In this document: positions 57,987 to 64,000 of the stretch, one piece after another
Numbering within the stretch: position 1 is the stretch's first letter
Layout: every line of letters begins with the position of its first letter
From: Bacillota bacterium
Lineage (GTDB): Bacteria; Bacillota; Clostridia; Peptostreptococcales; Anaerovoracaceae
NCBI GenBank assembly: GCA_017404365.1
Contig: JAFRCM010000014.1
Location: 34,884 to 98,883, forward strand
DNA: 64,000 nucleotides
Direction of reading: 5' to 3'
Translations under genes and position numbers: made by a program
Notes under the pieces: model-generated
What the model saw: only the letters and a program-made list of their open reading frames with translations
Databases searched by the model: none
What the model was told of the DNA's origin: nothing

Positions 57987-59114
57987 TTATTTCAGAAGTT
58001 CTTCGGCTTTCTCGAGCTGTTCGTCCTCTTCTGTCTTTTCGTCATCTTCGATCTCGACTGTAGGCTTGATGCCTTTTTTATGGATGACATGCTTATCAGG
58101 CGAGAGATACTGCATTATAGTGAGCTTGAGAGCAGACCCGTCGCCCATCTCGATGGTCTGCTGGATAACTCCCTTGCCAAAGGATTTTGTGCCTACGAGT
58201 TCAAAACCGTTGTCTTTAAGTGCGCCGGCGAGTATTTCAGATGCTGAAGCCGACCCATCGTTTATAAGAACAACTGTCGGAATCTTCGTCTTTCCATCTT
58301 TAGCATCATAGGTTTCGGTCTGTCCGTCCTTGTCTTCGACGTAGCATACAACTCCCTCATCCAGGAACTCGTCCGCGACATCGACGCACTCGTCCACAAG
58401 TCCGCCGCCGTTGTTTCTCAGATCGAGAACAAGACCCCTGGCGCCTTCAGCTTCCACCTTGTCGAGGGCGTCGCTGAAGTCTTTACCGGTAGTATCTATG
58501 AATGAATTGATTTCTATGTAGCCGATTCCGTCATCGAGCATCTTCCAGTCAACGCTCTTCATGATGATATCATCACGGGTGAGCTTTACCTCTTTTTCCT
58601 TGCCCTCATGAGACATTGTAAGAGTTACGTCAGTCCCTTTCTTTCCGCGAATCGCGGATGCCATGACATCTGAATCCGTATAAGTCTTTCCATCAACCAT
58701 GAGGATCAGATCTCCTGCCTCGATGCCCGCCTTTTCCGCAGGAGAATCAGGATTCACACTCACCACCTCAAAAGAACCACTATCATTCTCTGAAAAAGTG
58801 ATTCCGACACCGGAGTAATTACCCGTAGCCGAAACCATCCATGACTCATACGTCTCTTTGTCCATGTAGGCAGAATACGGATCTCCGAGGCCCGCGACGT
58901 ATCCTTCGTACACCCCTTCTTCCAGATCTTTCTCGTCGTAATCGTTGAGATAATACTGGTCTATGTAACCCTTGATTTCCATCAGCTTATCGTCGCTGTT
59001 GAATTTATATCCGGGCGAGTTCATGATCGTGGCGCATATTGCGCCCATTATTATCAGACCCGCGAAAAATGCTGCGCACAGCCAAAATATGAATGTTTTC
59101 TTCCTGATACTCAT
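57987..59114 (-). CDS. S41A carboxy-terminal processing protease (CtpA-like)
   Basis: LGDPYS, PDZ domain, LDLRNNGGG, SASASEI.AGAL, GTKSFGKG. Confidence 0.94.
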   Translation of the reverse strand: MSIRKKTFIFWLCAAFFAGLIIMGAICATIMNSPGYKFNSDDKLMEIKGYIDQYYLNDYDEKDLEEGVYEGYVAGLGDPYSAYMDKETYESWMVSATGNYSGVGITFSENDSGSFEVVSVNPDSPAEKAGIEAGDLILMVDGKTYTDSDVMASAIRGKKGTDVTLTMSHEGKEKEVKLTRDDIIMKSVDWKMLDDGIGYIEINSFIDTTGKDFSDALDKVEAEGARGLVLDLRNNGGGLVDECVDVADEFLDEGVVCYVEDKDGQTETYDAKDGKTKIPTVVLINDGSASASEILAGALKDNGFELVGTKSFGKGVIQQTIEMGDGSALKLTIMQYLSPDKHVIHKKGIKPTVEIEDDEKTEEDEQLEKAEELLK

Positions 59115-59121
59115 GTTTACC

Positions 59122-60828
59122 TCAATGAACCGTTTCTATATCTTTAACAATGAACTGAACTCTTTCCTGGCCTCTCCAGACCTGATGGCTGACAGTGCCT
59201 GTGATATCAACCTTTTCTCCCCCCTCAAGCAAATGCTTCAGATCCTGAGCTGTCCTGAAGAGAACACATTCTGCATATGCTTTTCTGCCGCCTGCGTTTC
59301 CGTCTGACGAAGGCGCACACGCTCCGAACCGCGCGTGGGTTTTATAGGCTCCCATGTAATTGAGATTCCTTATTTCAACGTTTCTCATTTTAAGAACGGG
59401 CTCCAAATTTCCTTCTCCGAAAGGCGCCATCCTCATCAGCTCTCTGGCAAGTTCCACTGTAACGTCCGCAGGTGTGACTTCAGCGTCGATGTCGATCGTT
59501 TTTGCGAACAGGTTCGGATTGTCCTCAAGCATCTTTTCGACGCTGCCGTTCACGCTGGCAATCAGGCTGTCCAGATTGCCTTCTTCCATCAGAAATCCGC
59601 ACGCCTTGCTGTGTCCGCCGAATCTGATGAACAGATCGCCGCAGCTGTTGAGGACATCATATATGTTTACACCGTCGATGCTTCTTCCTGTGCCCTTGAG
59701 CAGTTTAACGTTTTCTCCGCCGCGGCCGACTTCGTCGGAAGGCGTCACTATGATAGTCGGACGTGAGTACCTGTCCTTGATCTTTCCGGCAACTATACCA
59801 GCGATACCCTCATGCATGTCTCCCACGTTCATGACGATGAAGTTCTCATCACCGGTTATATTCTCAGTGCATTTGGTGAACGCATCCTCCTGAATGCTCT
59901 TTCTCTGCCTGTTGTACTGGACCAGCTGCTGCACTCTTTCATCAATAACGTCATCGCTGGTGCTGTTGAAGAGTTCCACGGCTGCCATGGCAGAAGCCAT
60001 GCGCCCGCTGGCGTTAATGTGAGGGACTATTCCAAAGGCAATATTCGAAGATGTTATCTCTTCCAGTGAAATCGCCTGGGCGAGGCGGGCGAGCGAAGGC
60101 CTGCGTCCGCTGTTTGCCGCGGCAATACCGTACTTGACCAGGGTTCTGTTCTCGTCTCTGAGCGGGACGATATCTCCTATGGTGCCTACGGCAACCATGT
60201 CCAGAGCCTCATTCAGCACGCTCTTAGGCAAATCCGCAGTTCTCTGCAGCGCCTGCAGGAACTTGAAAGCAACACCGCATCCGGCGAGATCGCGGCACGG
60301 ATACTGTTCTTTATCCGGTTCTGACATGAATACAGTCGGCTTCTTTGGATCTATGACGATACCTTCGGCTATGCTGTCTTCGATGTTGTGATGGTCCGTG
60401 ACAATGACCTTGAGGCCCTTTTCAAGAGCGTACCTTACTTCACCGCATGAAACGCATCCGCAGTCAACTGTTATTATCAGATCTGCTCCGCGCTCGATTA
60501 TTTTATCGATTGCGGTTACATTAAGCCCGTATCCTTCCTCAAATCTTGAAGGAATGTAAAAGAACCAGTTGTCGGTAAGTCTGGACACTCCGCAGGCCAT
60601 GACTGTGGATGCTGTAACCCCATCCGCGTCGTAGTCACCGTATATGCAAATGCGGTCACCCTGCTCAGCGGCAGATATTAGCAAATCCACTCCTGCTTTC
60701 ATGCCGTCCAGCAGGAATGGATCGTATGTGCGCTTTGGCTTTGCGGAAAGGTACTCTTCTCTGTCCTCACCGGCGGTTATGCCTCTCTTATTCAGTATTT
60801 CATCAAGTATTTCTTCTGTTTTTCTCAT
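59122..60828 (-). CDS. recJ: Single-stranded-DNA exonuclease RecJ
   Basis: GDYDADG, TVDCG, TDHH, GTIGDIVPL, GIAGIVA, FGGH. Confidence 0.96.
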   Translation of the reverse strand: MRKTEEILDEILNKRGITAGEDREEYLSAKPKRTYDPFLLDGMKAGVDLLISAAEQGDRICIYGDYDADGVTASTVMACGVSRLTDNWFFYIPSRFEEGYGLNVTAIDKIIERGADLIITVDCGCVSCGEVRYALEKGLKVIVTDHHNIEDSIAEGIVIDPKKPTVFMSEPDKEQYPCRDLAGCGVAFKFLQALQRTADLPKSVLNEALDMVAVGTIGDIVPLRDENRTLVKYGIAAANSGRRPSLARLAQAISLEEITSSNIAFGIVPHINASGRMASAMAAVELFNSTSDDVIDERVQQLVQYNRQRKSIQEDAFTKCTENITGDENFIVMNVGDMHEGIAGIVAGKIKDRYSRPTIIVTPSDEVGRGGENVKLLKGTGRSIDGVNIYDVLNSCGDLFIRFGGHSKACGFLMEEGNLDSLIASVNGSVEKMLEDNPNLFAKTIDIDAEVTPADVTVELARELMRMAPFGEGNLEPVLKMRNVEIRNLNYMGAYKTHARFGACAPSSDGNAGGRKAYAECVLFRTAQDLKHLLEGGEKVDITGTVSHQVWRGQERVQFIVKDIETVH

Positions 60829-60831
60829 TTT

Positions 60832-61917
60832 CTAAAGGTAAGAAAACGGATTCTGGGTTGTGCCGTCCTTGAACACTCTGAAGTCAAGGTGATTTCCTGT
60901 TGATGAACCCGTAGTTCCTACAAGCGCTATAGTCTGTCCTTTTGAAACTTTCTGTCCCACTGAAGCTCTTATTGACGAACAGTGGTTATACATGGTGACC
61001 AGGCCTCCGCCATGATCGACCTTTATGGAATTGCCGAATCCGCCGTTCCATCCGGCGCTGATAACTGTTCCATCGGCTACGGACACGATTGCCGAGCCGC
61101 CGCTGGCTGCAATATCAATTCCTCCGTGGAACTCTCTGCCGTGGAACGGGCATATTCTCCAGCCGTAGCCTGAAGTAACTCTCTGTGAACTTGGAGTCGG
61201 CCATGCGAATGCGCCTCCGCCATATGAGGAGGTGCTGCTGCTGCTCGTGTTTCCGCTCTGGGAGGCAGCTGCCAGTCTGGCGGCTTCAGCCGCTGCTTCG
61301 TTCTCAAGGTCATCGAGCATTTCAGCGTTCTTCTCATTGTCATCAGCTATCTTCTTCTTCTCGGCTTCGACTGTCGCCATGCTGCTTTCGGCGGCGGATT
61401 TAGATGATTTCAGTTCCTTGGATAGCTTCTCGACTTTGTTCTTCTTTTTCTCTATCGCGTCATGGGAATCCTGCAGATCCTGAAGGACATCCTTGTCGGA
61501 CGCGTATATCTTCTCAACAAGATCCATGTTGGTCAGGAACTCAGAGAAACTGTTGGAATTCATGAGAACGTCCATGAATCCGACCGAACCGTTCTTGTAC
61601 ATTGTCCTCAGACGTACTCCAAGCTCCTCATTCTGCTTATCGACTTTCTTCTGTGCTTCATCCAGATCTTTCTTCAGCTTGTCGAGTTTGACTTCAGACA
61701 CTTCGATCTGGTCGTTCAGCTGATAGATTTCCTTCTCCAGACTGTTTATCTGTGAGGAGAGATTCTTTTCTTTCTCTTTTCCCTTCTTGAGCTCATCCTG
61801 TTTCTGTTCGATTTCCTCCTGAAGTTCGGAAAGCGGCTTGGCGTAAACGCTTGTGGTGCTGAAACAGAAGCTTATGGCGAGAATCAATGAAATTATTACT
61901 GCTGCTTTTTTTCTCAT
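60832..61917 (-). CDS. Coiled-coil/M23 murein hydrolase (activator) of the EnvC/CwlO type
   Basis: Signal peptide, long coiled coil, HGGID, YNH, HLDF; directly downstream of ftsEX. Confidence 0.9.
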   Translation of the reverse strand: MRKKAAVIISLILAISFCFSTTSVYAKPLSELQEEIEQKQDELKKGKEKEKNLSSQINSLEKEIYQLNDQIEVSEVKLDKLKKDLDEAQKKVDKQNEELGVRLRTMYKNGSVGFMDVLMNSNSFSEFLTNMDLVEKIYASDKDVLQDLQDSHDAIEKKKNKVEKLSKELKSSKSAAESSMATVEAEKKKIADDNEKNAEMLDDLENEAAAEAARLAAASQSGNTSSSSTSSYGGGAFAWPTPSSQRVTSGYGWRICPFHGREFHGGIDIAASGGSAIVSVADGTVISAGWNGGFGNSIKVDHGGGLVTMYNHCSSIRASVGQKVSKGQTIALVGTTGSSTGNHLDFRVFKDGTTQNPFSYL

Positions 61918-61938
61918 GTTCTGTGAACCTTCCGTCCC

Positions 61939-62829
61939 CTATGCGTCGAGGAACTTTCTCATGGAAATTATGCTTCCGCAGGATCCTATGCTGACTCCGA
62001 GAGCCAGGAAAATCCACGCGAAGTTATAAATCAGGAATCCTACAGGAACCATAGGCATCGACAGCATCTTGTAGACCTGATCAGCCATTATGTCAACCAG
62101 CTGATTGTATACCAGATATGTGATAATCAACGCTATCGCTGCCGATATTACTCCGATCAGTATGCCCTCCACGAGGAACGGTCCTCTGATGAACCAGTTC
62201 GTGGCTCCGACATATTTCATTATGCTGATTTCCTCTGCCCTGTTGAACACCGTGAGCTTGATCGTATTTGATACAACGATTATAGAAACGATGATCAGGA
62301 ACAGCATTATCACCATTGACGCAATCTTTATGAAATCCGTGGCTCTTAAGAGTTTGTCAACAGTGCTCTTGTAATACTTGACATCCTCGATGCCTTCATA
62401 TGTTGCCGCGTGTTCGGCGAGTGCATCCGCCTTCTCAAGGTCATCTATCTTTATGACGACTGAATTCGGAAGCGGATTATCCTTCAGACTGTCAAGCAGG
62501 TAACCGTTGTCGCCCCATCTGGCCTTGAATTCCGCCATGGCCTCATCCTTGCTCTTGTAGAAAGCGTCGGCGACACCGTCCTGCTGCTTCATGTCATCGA
62601 TCATTACGTTGGCCTGATCCTGGGTGGTCTCATCCAGAAGGAAAATCTCAATGGAGTCGTAGTCTCCCTTGATTGTCTCAGCAGCCGAGTTGACGTTGAT
62701 GAAAAGAATGAAAAACAGGCTGAGTATCAGAAGCATGCATGTGATCGCGAATATGGATATTATGGACATGCTCCTGTTTCTTCCAAACTGTATGAAAGCC
62801 TGCTTTATCGTGTATGAAAGAGTCTTCAT
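61939..62829 (-). CDS. ftsX: Cell division permease FtsX
   Basis: RN..MS..SI, NTIKLTV..R..EI.IMK.VGAT.WFIR.PF..EG. Confidence 0.96.
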   Translation of the reverse strand: MKTLSYTIKQAFIQFGRNRSMSIISIFAITCMLLILSLFFILFINVNSAAETIKGDYDSIEIFLLDETTQDQANVMIDDMKQQDGVADAFYKSKDEAMAEFKARWGDNGYLLDSLKDNPLPNSVVIKIDDLEKADALAEHAATYEGIEDVKYYKSTVDKLLRATDFIKIASMVIMLFLIIVSIIVVSNTIKLTVFNRAEEISIMKYVGATNWFIRGPFLVEGILIGVISAAIALIITYLVYNQLVDIMADQVYKMLSMPMVPVGFLIYNFAWIFLALGVSIGSCGSIISMRKFLDA

Positions 62830-63599
62830 CAGCTGCGGCCCCCTCTCCGGAAGCCCGCCCTGAATGTTCCGCGGGATTTCATAGGCATTGTATCAAAGGC
62901 GCTTGTAGCATCTTCCAGCGCTTCCTTGTATCCGTACATGCCTGTTTCATCGCGGACTATGCGGCCTTTTTCGATGGCGATTACACGTTTCTCCATCTTG
63001 TCCACTATATCCTTGGCGTGGGTAACCATGACAATCGTTGTTCCCAGCTGATTGATCTGATTGAGAAGCTGCATGATTTCCCAGGCGGTATCCGGGTCAA
63101 GATTTCCTGTAGGCTCGTCAGCTATCAGGATTTTTGGCCTGTTTACAATTGCGCGAGCAATCGCGACACGCTGCTGCTCTCCGGCAGACAACTCGTCAGG
63201 ATACTTGTTTGCCTTGTCTGATATGCCCATCATGGACAGAACCTGAGGAACCTGCTTTTTTATGGCCCTTTTCGGTCTGTGGATTATCTCCATTGCAAAG
63301 GCAACATTCTCGTATACGGTCTTCTTAGGCAAAAGCCTGAAGTCCTGGAATACAATACCTATATTCCTTCTGAGCTTAGGTATGTTTCTGGCTGACATGG
63401 CGGTTACATTCTGCCCTTTGACCGTGATTTTTCCAAGGTCAGCGTCAATCTCCTTCAAAATGAGCTTGACGAAAGTGGACTTGCCTGCGCCGCTTGGTCC
63501 GACCAGAAATACGAAGTCGCCTTCATTGATTTTTACCGAAACGTCATCAAGTCCAATGTTGGATTTATAGCGTTTCGTTACATTCTGAAACTCGATCAT
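62829..63599 (-). CDS. ftsE: Cell division ATP-binding protein FtsE
   Basis: GPSGAGKST, VFQDFRLL, LSAGEQQRV.IARA, ADEPTGNLDP. Confidence 0.96.
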   Translation of the reverse strand: MIEFQNVTKRYKSNIGLDDVSVKINEGDFVFLVGPSGAGKSTFVKLILKEIDADLGKITVKGQNVTAMSARNIPKLRRNIGIVFQDFRLLPKKTVYENVAFAMEIIHRPKRAIKKQVPQVLSMMGISDKANKYPDELSAGEQQRVAIARAIVNRPKILIADEPTGNLDPDTAWEIMQLLNQINQLGTTIVMVTHAKDIVDKMEKRVIAIEKGRIVRDETGMYGYKEALEDATSAFDTMPMKSRGTFRAGFRRGGRS

Positions 63600-63610
63600 T
63601 AATGCTCCTT

Positions 63611-64000
63611 TTAGAGTATATTTCTAACTGCTTCAGCAATATCGTCTGCTGTCATGTTGTATTTGGCCAGCAGCTGGTCAGGCTTGCCTGACTCTCCGAA
63701 CGTATCCTGCTGTCCAACCATTGCCATCCTGCAAGGATGCTCCTTTACTACTACCTGCGCAACAGCGTCACCAAGTCCTCCGATAACACCGTGCTCTTCG
63801 GCAGTCACTATGGCGCCTGTTTCTTCGGCAGCCTTAACTATTATCTCCTCATCAATCGGCTTAATTGTATGTATGTCGATGACTCTGGCGTCAACGCCTT
63901 CCTCAGCAAGCTTTTCGGCCGCGTCATATGCCGCGCTGACCATTATTCCCGTGGCAATTATGGTGACGTCTTTACCATCACGTATCAGATTGCCTTTGCC
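63611..64000 (-). CDS. Transketolase C-terminal subunit (5' end beyond the window)
   Basis: GK..LIRDGKDVTIIATGIMV, HTIKPID, VTAEEH..IGGLG, FGESG. Confidence 0.92.
   Translation of the reverse strand, partial: GKGNLIRDGKDVTIIATGIMVSAAYDAAEKLAEEGVDARVIDIHTIKPIDEEIIVKAAEETGAIVTAEEHGVIGGLGDAVAQVVVKEHPCRMAMVGQQDTFGESGKPDQLLAKYNMTADDIAEAVRNIL

Noticed and set aside
1-64000. CRISPR array, IS elements, rRNA
   Set aside because: I found no regularly spaced repeats, transposase or integrase motifs, or rRNA signature sequences.

Overview
A mostly housekeeping stretch of chromosome from an anaerobic Clostridia-class bacterium. Gene style suggests a Peptostreptococcales/Anaerovoracaceae-like amino-acid fermenter, but this is inference. 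Almost every gene is on the minus strand; the only plus-strand genes I accept are one Cys-rich ORF (40152-40754) and tRNA-Arg. Gene order on the minus strand, from right to left: transketolase C-terminal subunit, ftsE-ftsX-envC-recJ-ctpA, yerC, PPTase-MBL-recX-tcdA-hypothetical-rmuC-metallophosphoesterase-deoB, a phage-tail-lysozyme/PG-binding protein, tRNA-Ser and tRNA-Arg, CntK-like racemase-aminopeptidase-TetR, MMPL with a heptad-repeat partner, MATE, a fused dehydratase-activase, yebC, 6S RNA (absent from the ORF track), FNT-cdd-polA-coaE, tRNA-Leu, an orphan DNA MTase, an RND permease, tRNA-Leu, yajC-secDF-rel-dtd-MBL-hemZ-hisS-aspS-nadD-yqeK/rsfS-leuS-rnj-ylbF-efp-mltG-trmR-trhP-hlyC-asp23-nusB-tsaD-like-xseA. 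I found no integrase, transposase, CRISPR array or prophage. The most notable oddities are an in-frame TAA inside rel just after the TGS domain, a YqeK-RsfS fusion that keeps an internal SD and ATG, a CntK-like racemase with no staphylopine genes, two RND-superfamily exporters associated with long coiled coils, and several apparently leaderless genes. I cannot claim a clearly new multi-gene system. The racemase-peptidase-TetR-MMPL-heptad block (42384-49096) is the best candidate.
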